DNA from: Alphaproteobacteria bacterium
GTDB taxonomy: Bacteria; Pseudomonadota; Alphaproteobacteria; SP197
NCBI GenBank assembly: GCA_964291415.2
Contig: OZ219918.1
Coordinates: 1,252,672 to 1,316,671, forward strand
Direction: 5' to 3'
DNA length: 64,000 nt
Each line of letters opens with the position of its first letter. The first letter of the stretch is position 1. Made by a program: the position numbers and the translations under genes. Shown one piece after another: positions 29,667 through 40,124 of the stretch. A model generated the notes under the pieces. That model saw nothing but the letters and a program-made list of their open reading frames with translations. It searched no databases and was not told the origin of the DNA.

Positions 29667-30779
29667 TCATTCCTCCTGAAGGCCCGAGGGACAATCGACG
29701 CCATGGGCCGCGAAGAGGTCTGCGAGGCCCTCGATGGTCAGATCGAGCAGCGAAGTCGCGCGGCGCATGGAGAGATGACCCTGTTCCAGGGCCAGGCCGA
29801 CGACCTCGGCGAAGGGCCGCGAGAACAGGACGGGCGGGGAGTCCTCCGCAACAGTGCCGCCGTTCTTGTGCAGCGCGGCCTCGGGCAGCCCTCGCGCCGT
29901 CGCGTCATCGACCTCGCCCAGCTCGACGAGGCGCCACCGGAGCGCCGAGGAGCTCACCCGGAGCTCGTTGGCGACGGCGTTCAGCCGTGCGATGAGATGG
30001 TCTTCGGAGAGGCCCGACCAGCGGCCGAAGCGCTCCAGTGCCTGACCCGGCATGAGTAGCCCCGCCGCGAACCGGTTGGCGAGGCGCTCGACTTTCTTGC
30101 CGCCCGCCACCGCGCCCGTCTCCGAGCGGGCGGGCGGCATCGAGTCCCAGGTGAGGATGTGGAACAGCTCGTGGGCGAGGTCGAAGTGGCGGCGGCCGGG
30201 AAGTTCGTGGCGGGCGATCAGCACCGCGTCCAGGTCGGGCAGGCGGCAGGCCGCGCCGGAGATGCCGGGCTCCGCGTCGACCATGAGCACCAGCATGTCG
30301 AAGTCGCGCTCCATGACACCCGCAAGACGTGCGGCGGGCACACTGCCCAGGCCGAACTCGCACGCAAAGCGCTCCCCGGCACGCTCCGCGTCCTCGAACT
30401 TTGCGCCGGGCGCGAGCGTGAGCGAGCGGCGCAGCAGGGGAGGATCCCGGCCGACTTTTGGAGCCAGGGCGCGGTAGGCCGCGATCCAGGGTCCGGCCTT
30501 CCGTTCATAGGCGTCCAACACTTCGTCGTCGGCGCCGTCCAGCCGCCAGGAAAACCGTCCCTCGCCGACCAGGAGAAACGGATCGGTGAAGTAGTCCAGG
30601 GGAACGTCGAGCCTCTCGACCGCGAGAACGAGCTCATCGGCCGACAGGCGCCTGACGCCGGTCTCTATGGCGGACACGGTCTGCCGGTCCCTGAAGCCGA
30701 AGATGCGCGCCAGATCGTCCTGTGAGAGCCCGCGCGTCTCCCGCAGCGCCTTGATCCGCTTTGCCATGCGATAGCTCAC
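29667..30779 (-). CDS. XRE-family HTH fused to ImmA/IrrE metallopeptidase
   Basis: RIKALRETRGLSQDDLA...VSAIETG HTH, RRHFDLAHELFH (HExxH), ERLANRFAAGLLMP. GTG start with GGGAG RBS. Confidence 0.92.
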   Translation of the reverse strand: MSYRMAKRIKALRETRGLSQDDLARIFGFRDRQTVSAIETGVRRLSADELVLAVERLDVPLDYFTDPFLLVGEGRFSWRLDGADDEVLDAYERKAGPWIAAYRALAPKVGRDPPLLRRSLTLAPGAKFEDAERAGERFACEFGLGSVPAARLAGVMERDFDMLVLMVDAEPGISGAACRLPDLDAVLIARHELPGRRHFDLAHELFHILTWDSMPPARSETGAVAGGKKVERLANRFAAGLLMPGQALERFGRWSGLSEDHLIARLNAVANELRVSSSALRWRLVELGEVDDATARGLPEAALHKNGGTVAEDSPPVLFSRPFAEVVGLALEQGHLSMRRATSLLDLTIEGLADLFAAHGVDCPSGLQEE

Positions 30780-30804
30780 CGCGTGTCTCCCTTCAAAGCA
30801 ATAC

Positions 30805-30838
30805 CTTGCAGTAGACAATACGCAAGATTATATGTCAA
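30805..30838 (-). promoter_or_regulatory. candidate promoter/operator of the XRE-ImmA gene
   Basis: Minus strand TTGACA-17-TCTACT. Inverted repeat CTTGC-N12-GCAAG (30805-30826). Confidence 0.5.
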
Positions 30839-31004
30839 GACAGACAACGCGGCAATTGTGTTTTGATGGGTGTGCGCGGCTTGGCGGCATGACCGAAGGC
30901 GAAGACACAGGCCCGGGGCGGTCGGTCGAGCACACGAATGTGAAAGTATTCAATGAAATCAACGTCAACGTAGTGGAACAGAAGTTCAACCGCTGGAGGA
31001 AACC

Positions 31005-32569
31005 ATGCCCCGCTCTTTTGCCTTTCTCGCCGTCGCTCTTGTCATCGCCGCCTGCGGAGGCGGCGGTGGCGGCATGTCGGAAACCGCGATGGTCCCGGTG
31101 ACGCCGGATCCCAATCCGGAGCCACAACCCGAATCGATGGTGCCCGCGACGCCACCCGATGGGGTGCGCGGTGCCCTGGCCGCACCGGTTGTCGACCTCG
31201 ATACAGCCCGGTACGTGGAGAGGCGGACACTGAGCGGGATTCGCCATGTCGGCGCCGACACTGCGCCGCTGCCTGCGGGAACGACGTGCGACAGGTCGGG
31301 CGTGGATCGGTTCGGGCAACCTGCGACGGTGCCGAGTGCCCGTTGGTGCGAAAGCCCGTTACCGGATCACACCCTTCCCGGGTGACGCAGCATGGCACGG
31401 TGGCCGTGTCATATGGCCGGATCAAGGACGGGGTGGGTCGCGACCAGGTGATCGCTTTTCTGAGAGAGAATGCGGTGGCAGCACAAGAGTGGGTGCCGGG
31501 ACTGCTGCCCGGCCTGACGATCCGTTCCGAACCGCTTACCGTCCGTATGTTCGAAGGGACGACCGAGAAGCAGGCCGGTTACGTAATCGACGCCATTCGG
31601 ATCATCAACGCGGCCCTGCCGCGAGAGTGGAAGCTGACGGTGTCCGACGAACGGACGCCCGAGGTCGCGGTCGCGGACATTCCTGCCGGCGAAGTGCATG
31701 TCGGGTTCAATCTCGTGCCCGACAGCGGAAGGTTCAACCTGACGATCAGGGACGGCGCCTTCACCGGCGGTCGCCTTCTCATCAGGAGCGATCTTCCGCC
31801 CTACGGGGCGCAGTCAGCCGTCGCCACCGCGACGGAGCACGACTATCACCAGACCAACGTGGGACTGCTCGTCCACGAGTTCATGCACGCGATGGGCTTC
31901 CTGGCGCATCCGGACATGGTCTCCGCTACCAGCTATGATCGCGACCTGACGGGTTGGGCCGGACTGCCCGCGCACGTCCTCTATCCCCTCGACCGCGAGG
32001 CCCTGCTCGCCGCCTTCACGCGACTGGGGCCTGGCGATCATCGACCCGAAGACATCGCTCAGGGCCTGGGGCCGTGGTCCGACACGTCCATCCACGTCCG
32101 GGGTGTACTCGATCTACCGGGCGGTGGCGGGGACATGGCCTTCGGGGCCGCTCACCGCAACGGGTTTGCGCGGCCCTGGGCCTACGGCCCGGCGCCGCGA
32201 ACAGACATCACGGACAACGCCCGGATCGCCGGTTCAGCCAGCTGGGAAGGCCGTCTGCTCGGCCTCACTCCGCAGGCCGAGACGGTGGCCGGCGCCGCTG
32301 ACCTTGCGGTCCGGCTCGACAGCCTGACCGGCTCGATCGAATTCACCGGGCTGGAACAGTGGTCGGGAGCACCCGGCGCCATTGGCTCCGGCACGATGTG
32401 GGGCGACGGCGACCTCGGCTATGCGATTTCGGTGCAAGGCAACGTCTTCGTGCAGACCGGCGGCGACGAGGGCCAAGTCACGGGCGCGTTCTTCGGCGCG
32501 GCGCACGAGGGCATGGGCGGCACGCTCGAGCGCGACGATCTCGCGGCCGGCTTCGCCGGCACACGGTAG
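31005..32569 (+). CDS. surface lipoprotein: metzincin zinc-protease domain plus TbpB-like C-terminal barrel (frameshift ~31280-31370)
   Basis: Lipobox IAAC followed by GGGGG, HEFMHAMGFLAH zinc motif, C-terminal ASWEG...VTGAFFG...GGTL...GFAGTR. Confidence 0.75.
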
Positions 32570-32879
32570 GGCGGCGAGGACCTGCGTCTCGCGGAATCAC
32601 CGGATCAGCGTGTCGCGGCAGCTCTTCCCCATCCTTCCTGCCGCACCCATGCGGAGAAGAACACAGCGTCGCCCGCGGCCTGATGCGCGGGCGGCGCCGG
32701 TGCGCGTGGGAACCGAGTGCCTGCGCCCTTCGCCGGCGGCGACAGTAGGATTGCGCATGGCAGCGTGCGGGCTGCCGCGGACCAGTCCGTCTCTCCACGA
32801 GAGCCCTGAGAGCTGGGCAGGGACGCGGGCGAGGCTCTCCTTCGACAGCAGGCCGCACGCTTCCACGAATGGCGGCGCG

Positions 32880-33030
32880 ACGTGCGCAATGTTGCGGCGG
32901 ACCGAGACAGGCCGGCGCTCACTCTCGATCGGTTCGGCGCAGAGGCGGAGCCACTCAGGCAACACGAGCAACTGCCCTGGCTCGACGGGGAAGAAGGCCG
33001 GAGCCATGCGGCCGGCGGGTCTCGCGTAGA
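32880..33030 (-). pseudogene. possible 2OG-Fe(II) oxygenase (TIGR02466-like) C-terminal remnant
   Basis: VEPGQLLVLPEWLR..AEP..SERRPVSV resembles PxxGxLxxFPSWLxHxVxP...RxSI. Confidence 0.35.
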
Positions 33031-33578
33031 CGGGACGCGGCCCGGGCTGCGGGGCACAAACTTGCCAGTCCCTTTGTGTATCCCCTGAAAACTATGATGA
33101 AGCCCGGAAGCACCACACACATCCCACACAAGACCTGCCATGATTACATCCGTTGGTACGCGCACCACGCGGTGGGGCAATGGCGAGTTGTCTCAGAAAG
33201 CGCCCTCGCGCGGTACAGCGCGCTGCGCTCTTGCAAAAGGGTGAAACGGGAATGGACCATTGTCGCGCGGGCTCGCGATTGAACTGGCGCTGGAGGGCAT
33301 GCGGCACGAGCATGCGGGCGGCGCGGGTCCCGGATCACGGCCTCGCGGCCGGGGCAGCCGAGCGGCTCGCGGACTCGGGCGCGGGGTCGTTCGAGGTCCG
33401 CCTCGAAGCGGCGATGCGTCCCCTTCTTCACCCCACCTGCGGCCAGTGCAAGCCTGAGGTGCCGCAGACACAAGCCCCTCCCTTACTGCCGTGGCCGAAC
33501 CTGACCGACGCGCAGGTGGCAGCCTGACAACAGCCCGATCGATTCTTCGCACTGCATGCGAGAACCAGGAAACAAGAC

Positions 33579-35178
33579 ATGGAACGTCTCGCAGGCGTCG
33601 TAGGCGGGCTCGGCCTGTTCATCGTCGGGATGTGGCCCCTGACGGAGAACCTCAAGAAGCTCGCGAGCCGGCGCTTGCGCCAGATTGCGCATCGCTGGAC
33701 CGAGAACCGGTTTGCGGCGCTCCTCTGGGGGATGATCGGTGGCGGCATCACCCAGAGTATGACCGGGCTGACCTTCATCGTGGTCAGCATTCTGCGCTCC
33801 CGGCTGACTACCATGAGCGGCGCCCTGGCAATGATTCTGGGCGGGACGATCGGCGTGACGGGCCTGGTCATGATCGTCACCTTCGACATCAAGGTAGCCG
33901 CGCTCTACATCGTCGGCCTGGCCGGTGCCGTGGTGGCCACCGAGAGGCCTGGCGAGATACCAGGCCATAGCCGGCTCGTTCCTGGGCGGGGCCCTGATCA
34001 TCCTTGGCCTGATGCTGCTCAGGGAGGCAGCGGCGCCGCTGGCCGACGAGCCCTGGTTCCGGGAGATGATGGAGGGAACCGGGTACTCTCTGGTCCTCGC
34101 CTTCGTTGTCGCGGCCGCGCTGACCTTTGTCGTTCAGTCCGCGGCGGCGGTTTCCGTCTTCGGGATCAGTCTGGCGACGGTCGGCATCATCTCCGTCGAT
34201 CAGGCCATCATGACCATGTACGGCAGCTTCATCGGTTCGGGCGCAATCCTCTCCGTGCTGTCCGCCCACCTGACCGGGCGATCGCGCCAGGTCGTAATGT
34301 ACCTGGTGATCCTCAATGTTCTGATCTGCGCGGTGGTTATCCCGCTGCTCTACGCCGAAATCTACTTCGGCGTTCCGTCGATGAAGGCGGTGATCGAGGC
34401 GACCGGGTTCGACCTGCCTCAACGCCTGGCTCTCGTCTACATCATTCTTGCCGTGGTCCCGGCGCCGATCATGCTCGCCGTCCTGGGCCCATCGGCCTCC
34501 ATCCTCGAAAAGCTGTGGCCCGAATCGGAAATTGACGAGCTATCGCGCGCCGAGTTCATACACGGCCATGCGACGGTTGATATCGAGACGTCGCTGGTGC
34601 TCGCCGACCAAGAGCAGAAGCGCGCGTTCAAGATGCAGATGCGCTATTTCGAGCTCCTGCGGGAGGGCAAGGATGTGCGACCCCTCCGGGATGCGTCGCG
34701 CACCCTGATGACCGAGATCGAGGAGTTCCTGACGGAACTGCAGCCGCTTCACCCCATGCAGACGGTCGAAGACCGCAACATGCTGCTCAGCCGTCACAAG
34801 CTGCTCACGTGGCTGGCGGAGTCCGTGGCCGACATGTGCGGTGCGCTCTTCGACATCGGCGATCGGCCGGAGCTGAAGCAGTTTCGCGAGAGCATGTGCG
34901 AGGGCGTTGACAGCGTGTTTCTCGCTCTGGACCATGCGATGGAAAGCAATGACGAGGCGTCCTGGGATATCGCGAAGGCGTTGTCAGGAGACCGCGGCGA
35001 GATCATGCGCAGATTGCGCGGCAAGTACATGGAGGCGAATCTGAATCTGGACAAGCCCGATTTGCTGAACGTCGTACTCGCGACCAACGCAGCCGAGGAT
35101 CTGTTCTTCCTGCTGTCGAAGCTCGAGCAAGACTTCAATCCGTTTCCGCACGAGGACAGGCGGTTGCCGCTCATCTGA
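33579..35178 (+). CDS. Na+/phosphate cotransporter family protein (frameshift ~33945)
   Basis: GGLGLFIVGM, duplicated QS motifs (TQSMTG, VQSAAA), GxxIG motifs, PhoU-like helical C-terminus. Confidence 0.85.
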
Positions 35179-35864
35179 CGCGGACTTCCCACAACGCTCT
35201 TGACATGTCGTTGTTCGTCAAGGGCCGACCCCTCAGAGTCCAGCGTACTCACCAGGTTGTTGCGCCGATCAGCGCCATTCCACTTTGCTGATCGACATTC
35301 GAGACAATGGTAAGCGTCGCCCCGGAGGCGCCGCGCCATGCGGGAGTGCCGGACGAATCACGGGATCAACTGGATAAGGAGCTCGAGCGCTTAGAGCGCA
35401 ATCCTATCTGAGTGAGCAGACCTGCGCCGCCATGCGGGAAGCTCCGGTTGTCCAGTCCAGACACTGACCGGTGGCGTTGACAAGAGCGACCTGGTGGTCG
35501 TCCCCCGGTCGATGCCGACAACAACGTTGAACTCAGGCATGCAATCGACTCTCCGCAGGAATGGCACTCCTGCGGACCACTGCGTTACACGCCCACTCCT
35601 GTACTGGCGCTTGAGGCGCAGTCGCCCCACGGGGCATCCATCGTCGCCAACGAGCGGGACACGGGTCCATGGCAGGTGTTCGAGAAACGGAGTAACTTCG
35701 ATTGTTTCCGATCGATTGGCCCATGCCGTCTTTGCCGACGAAGCCCTGACACGGGAGGGAAGGGCGCGCAGGACTGCACTGTTCCCCGGGTTCCCCTCCG
35801 CGCTACGCGCTACAGAGAACTCGGGCCAGTTGCGCAGCGTACGCCGTCAGGAACCCTAGCACGC

Positions 35865-36473
35865 ACAGGATAACCACGCGTAGCAGCTCCCGCCTGCTGA
35901 GCCCAATCACGAAAAGAGAACACGAAAACAATAGAACGAAGCTGACGAAGTCGATGGCGCCGCAACACGCAAAGCATACATGCATGGTGCTATGATGTCG
36001 CGTCAGATCATGCAACCCGGAAAAAGGGAATGAGGCAAAACCGTCCACGCGATGCCAGCATGGGCCTCGTGGCCAGTATACCGGCGGCAGCCGAACAAGC
36101 CGATGCGGAAACAACGCTGAACTTGCCGGTAGGTGACCCGGATGGGGAGTTGATCGTGGTGCGCACGGAGCAGTGCCGGGACGCCTCGCTTGTACGGCAC
36201 CGACAGCGGGGAAGGCGTCAGACGTTGTGCAAGCAAGGGATGCAGGCTGGTCGCTCTGCAACCCGCTTCTGCGTCGGAACGCCGGGGACTGTGGTCCGTC
36301 GCAAAGGCCCCGCCCGTAATGCGAAGTCGAGAGACCAGGGTGTACGGCCTGTCCGGTCTTGCCTGCTCGCACGTTTGCGGACCAAGACGGCGTGTCAAGT
36401 GCGCTCGCCTCCCGAGCACAACAGGACAGGCAAAGCGCGACACTATGGCGCAGCACCAAATTGGGAGAGTGCC
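35865..36473 (+). repeat. dispersed non-coding module, copy B
   Basis: AACCACGCG.AGCAG, A-rich tract, CTATGAT, CAGATCATGCAA (36004-36015). GGGGAGTTGATCGTGG, CCGCCCGTAATGC, GTCTTGCCTGC and AAGCGCGACAC are shared with copy C. Confidence 0.8.
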
Positions 36474-37220
36474 ATGACCCTGTATTCCGAGCGCCTTGCA
36501 TGGGCATGCTGCGTGTCGCTGGGCGTGTTGGCGAGCACCTCCCTTGCGCCCGCCCAGCAGCCTTCATGCGACGAGTGGAACACATTCGAGTTTTTCCGCG
36601 ATGCCGCCGCAGCGACCGTGTCCCGTTGCCTGGAAGCCGGCGCCGACATCCACGCACGGGACGACAGGCTGCCCGCTTCCTCGGCCGCCACACCCGGATG
36701 GGGAGTTGATCGTGGTGCGCACGGAGCAGTGCCGGGACGCCGCTTGTACGGCACCGACAGCGGGGAAGGCGTCAGACGTTGTGCAAGCAAGGGATGCAGG
36801 CTGGTCGCTCTGCAACCCGCTTCTGCGTCGGAACGCCGGGGACTGTGGTCCGTCGCAAAGGCCCCGCCCGTAATGCGAAGTCGAGAGACCAGGGTGTACG
36901 GCCTGTCCGGTCTTGCCTGCTCGCACGTTTGCGGACCAAGACGGCGTGTCAAGTGCGCTCGCCTCCCGAGCACAACAGGACAGGCAAAGCGCGACACTAT
37001 GGCGCAGCACCAAATTGGGAGAGTGCCATGACCCTGTATTCCGAGCGCCTTGCATGGGCATGCTGCGTGTCGCTGGGCGTGTTGGCGAGCACCTCCCTTG
37101 CGCCCGCCCAGCAGCCTTCATGCGACGAGTGGAACACATTCGAGTTTTTCCGCGATGCCGCCGCAGCGACCGTGTCCCGTTGCCTGGAAGCCGGCGCCGA
37201 CATCCACGCACGGGACGACA
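36136..37220 (+). repeat. near-perfect tandem duplication (~530 bp x2: 36136-36666 and 36692-37220)
   Basis: The copies appear identical except for a 2-nt indel (ACGCCTCGCTT vs ACGCCGCTT). 25-bp spacer. Confidence 0.92.
36474..36691 (+). pseudogene. truncated secreted ankyrin protein N-terminus, copy 1
   Basis: Signal peptide plus CDEWNTFEFFRDAAAATVSRCLEAGADIHARD. The spacer reads as a decayed GxTPLHxAA. Confidence 0.7.
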
Positions 37221-37261
37221 ACACCAATCTGCAATCGGCGAACCGAGGACAATTGAGATGA
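37028..37261 (+). pseudogene. truncated secreted ankyrin protein N-terminus, copy 2
   Basis: Same peptide as 36474. Its stop overlaps the ATG of the next gene. Confidence 0.65.
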
Positions 37262-38742
37262 CTCAACGTCGGATGTCACTTCTTCGGCTGCTTGCCGCCA
37301 CATCCATACTCATGCTGTCCGCGTGGTCTTCGCAGGCCCATGGTCGTTCCTGTGGCGACTGGCCTGAGTCATCATTCTTCACGCGGGCTAGCACGCTAGA
37401 CGTAGTGAACTGTTTGGAAACCAAAGACCCTAACGCGAGAGATGAAGACGGCCGGCCGGCCTTGGCGAATCTAGTAGGCTTTGGATGGCACGATTCGATG
37501 CTAGAGAAGATCGTAGTCGTGTTGAGGGCCGGGGCCGACCCAAACTTGTTCGATCGTGGTTACAAGGGCACTGGATTCAACGAGAAGACCAGTCTGGAAA
37601 TGGCGTTGCTATATGCTCTTGGTGACGGGTTTGATTTCAGTGCAGCGCAAAGAGAACGATATTGGCAAGTCGTTACGGCCCTTCTTGCGTATGGTGGCGA
37701 CCTGCGCGCGATAGAGGGTGTCGACGGCGAGTTCGAATGGCGGGACGCCGAGCATGCTGCCAAATATCGGGCTGCATCATCGCCAGAAGCAATCGCGGCG
37801 TTCAGAAAGTGGGAAGCCGACGTGGTTGCGGCCCTTAGGGCGGAACAGGGCGCGGCCCAGGCGGAAGCCGATGCTCGCGAGATTGAGGATCATCTGCAAT
37901 CCGCGAGCGTCTCGTGCGAGCGTTGGAACACGGTGGGCTTCTTCACGACCGCCATCCCGGACGACATCGCCGCCTGCCTCGAAACCGAGAGCCTCGATGC
38001 GCGGGACGACCAGGGCCGCACGCCGATCCACCTGGCGGCCCTGCATGGCACCCCGGCGGTCGTGGCCGCGCTTGGCGAGGCCGGAGCCGACCCGGACGCG
38101 GCGGACGGCCAGGGCCGCACCCCCCTCCACCTGGTCGCGGTGTTCGGCGACGATCCCGCAATCGTGACCGCCCTCGTGCGGGCCGGTGCGAGCCTCGATG
38201 CGCAGGACGCCAGGGGCCGCACTCCCCTCGAGTTCGCCGAGACATTCAGCGAGGATCCTGCGATCGTCGCTGCGCTGCGCGAGGCCGTGACGGAAGCGAA
38301 CGCGCCTGACGAACCGGTCGCCTCCACGGCGGATACCGGACCGGCAACGTGCGCGGACTGGAACACGGCGGCCTTCTTCGGACGGGCGACGGCGGAGGAT
38401 GTTGCACGCTGCCTCGAGACGGCCGATCCGAACGCCAGGAACCAGCACGGCCGGACGCCGATGCACTACGCGGCGCAGGGCACCTCACCGGCGCTGGTGA
38501 CGATCCTGGCAGAGGCCGGGGCGGACCTCGACCCGGCGGACGGGCGGGGCGGCTGGACTCCCCTTCACCTCGCGGCGTGGTTCAGCACGACGCCTTCGGT
38601 GGTCGCGGCCCTTCTCGCTGCCGGTGCCGACCCGGCGGCCAAGGACGACGCGGGCAGGACGCCCTGGGACTACGCCCGCGAGAATGCGGCGCTGGAAGGC
38701 ACGCCGCCCTACTGGCGACTGAACGAGGAGGCCGGCGAATAG
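37258..38742 (+). CDS. secreted ankyrin-repeat protein
   Basis: Signal peptide. Repeats GRTPIHLAA, GRTPLHLVA, GRTPMHYAA, GWTPLHLAA with AGADP turns. Confidence 0.92.
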   Translation: MTQRRMSLLRLLAATSILMLSAWSSQAHGRSCGDWPESSFFTRASTLDVVNCLETKDPNARDEDGRPALANLVGFGWHDSMLEKIVVVLRAGADPNLFDRGYKGTGFNEKTSLEMALLYALGDGFDFSAAQRERYWQVVTALLAYGGDLRAIEGVDGEFEWRDAEHAAKYRAASSPEAIAAFRKWEADVVAALRAEQGAAQAEADAREIEDHLQSASVSCERWNTVGFFTTAIPDDIAACLETESLDARDDQGRTPIHLAALHGTPAVVAALGEAGADPDAADGQGRTPLHLVAVFGDDPAIVTALVRAGASLDAQDARGRTPLEFAETFSEDPAIVAALREAVTEANAPDEPVASTADTGPATCADWNTAAFFGRATAEDVARCLETADPNARNQHGRTPMHYAAQGTSPALVTILAEAGADLDPADGRGGWTPLHLAAWFSTTPSVVAALLAAGADPAAKDDAGRTPWDYARENAALEGTPPYWRLNEEAGE

Positions 38743-38803
38743 GCCCGCGGAACGGCCGGAACGCAGGCCAGCCGGGGTTCTGCACAATCAGGAGGACGAA
38801 GCG

Positions 38804-39967
38804 ATGAATCGCACGCTTCCGATCATCCCGGCAACGCTCGCCGTCGTGGCGGCGTCGTTGCCGACAGACGCGTCAGACGTCGATCTGTGTGCCGCGGACC
38901 AATACGAGCCCTGTTCGTTCTTCACGACGAACCGGGAAATCGGGCATCACGAGCAGATCATCGACAATCACCTCGCCGGGTTCACCCGCAGTGAGGGCTC
39001 GTGGACCATCAGCGTTCGGTATCAGCCGGACACGCAATGCGCGAAGGTCGACATTCTGGTTGACATGGGACCGCTGGACATCCCGCGGCAGTACAGGGAG
39101 GAGTTCAGCGCTGGCGCGGGCGAGATCAGCGACAGCGGCGCCTTCATGCACAAGATGGATGACCTTGAAAGCGCCCTGGGCATACTCTCGAGTTCATGCC
39201 GCGTGCCCAGGGCGGAGAGTTCGCAGGCGGACACCGCCGCGGGTGATGGCGCAACGCCCGATGAAGAAGAGCGGGAAAGGCTGGCGCTGGAAGAGGAGCG
39301 TGAGCGCCTTGCGCTGGAGCGTGAACGTGAACGGCTTGCCGTCGAACGGGAACAGGAGAGGCTTGCCCTGGAGCGGGAGCGGCTCGCCCTGGAACACGAC
39401 CTTGCCGCTGCCCGCGAGAGAGAGCGCCTTGAGCGGGAGCGCGCCCACCGACTGGAGGAGGAAAGGCGCGAACGCGAGCGTCTGGCGCAACGGCAACGGG
39501 AGCAGGAAGAACTCGCAAGACGTCAGGCACAACACGACGACTGGATGCACGACGAGTGGACGCGCGAGGATACGGCCGATGCATCGGAGACCGACCCCTT
39601 CGGCGACGTCATGACCGGGCTCGGGCTCGGGGTTCTCGCCGGTGCGATCATTGCGGGCGATGACGAAGCCCTCGACGCGGCTGCCGATATCCTTACCGGG
39701 AGCCTTGGCGGCGTGTACGCGCCTTCGACCGGCAGCACCTACGACACCGGGAGCGGCACCTGTCAGGAACTGGGCGAACGGTTCGCCACGGACTATGGCG
39801 CCTTCCACGGCGACGGGTCCATGTGCGGCATCTACAGGCACCAGTACAACGTCATGGTCGCGTACCGCGAGCCGCTCGTCCGCAACAACTGCACGGACGC
39901 GGCCGAATGGGATGCATCGATCCGGCAGACCCGGGAAGGTGTGGAGGCGGCCTGTGCCGGCTCCTGA
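38804..39967 (+). CDS. secreted protein with ERERLAL coiled-coil repeats and Cys-rich ends
   Basis: AGGAGG RBS, signal peptide, tandem ERERLALE repeats at ~39265-39440. Confidence 0.75.
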   Translation: MNRTLPIIPATLAVVAASLPTDASDVDLCAADQYEPCSFFTTNREIGHHEQIIDNHLAGFTRSEGSWTISVRYQPDTQCAKVDILVDMGPLDIPRQYREEFSAGAGEISDSGAFMHKMDDLESALGILSSSCRVPRAESSQADTAAGDGATPDEEERERLALEEERERLALERERERLAVEREQERLALERERLALEHDLAAARERERLERERAHRLEEERRERERLAQRQREQEELARRQAQHDDWMHDEWTREDTADASETDPFGDVMTGLGLGVLAGAIIAGDDEALDAAADILTGSLGGVYAPSTGSTYDTGSGTCQELGERFATDYGAFHGDGSMCGIYRHQYNVMVAYREPLVRNNCTDAAEWDASIRQTREGVEAACAGS

Positions 39968-40124
39968 CATCCAGCCGGACGATGCCAAGGCCAAGGCGGG
40001 AGCAGGGGAGGGCAGCCGGACCGGCATCGAAGTCGCGGGAAACCATGGGACGGGGCTGACGCGTGCACGCCAGCCGTCCCCGAATCGTGACATTGCGCTG
40101 AACCAGCCGCCAACGGGGATCGAC

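Noticed and set aside
36030-37261. long + ORFs 36030-37031, 36779-37261 and the 36913 start of the ankyrin gene
   Set aside because: Read-through of the duplicated leader. Signal-peptide starts at 36474, 37028 and 37258 are more plausible.
39260-39480. short tandem repeats resembling an array
   Set aside because: Degenerate in-frame codons for an ERERLAL coiled coil. No constant repeat with unique spacers, so not CRISPR.
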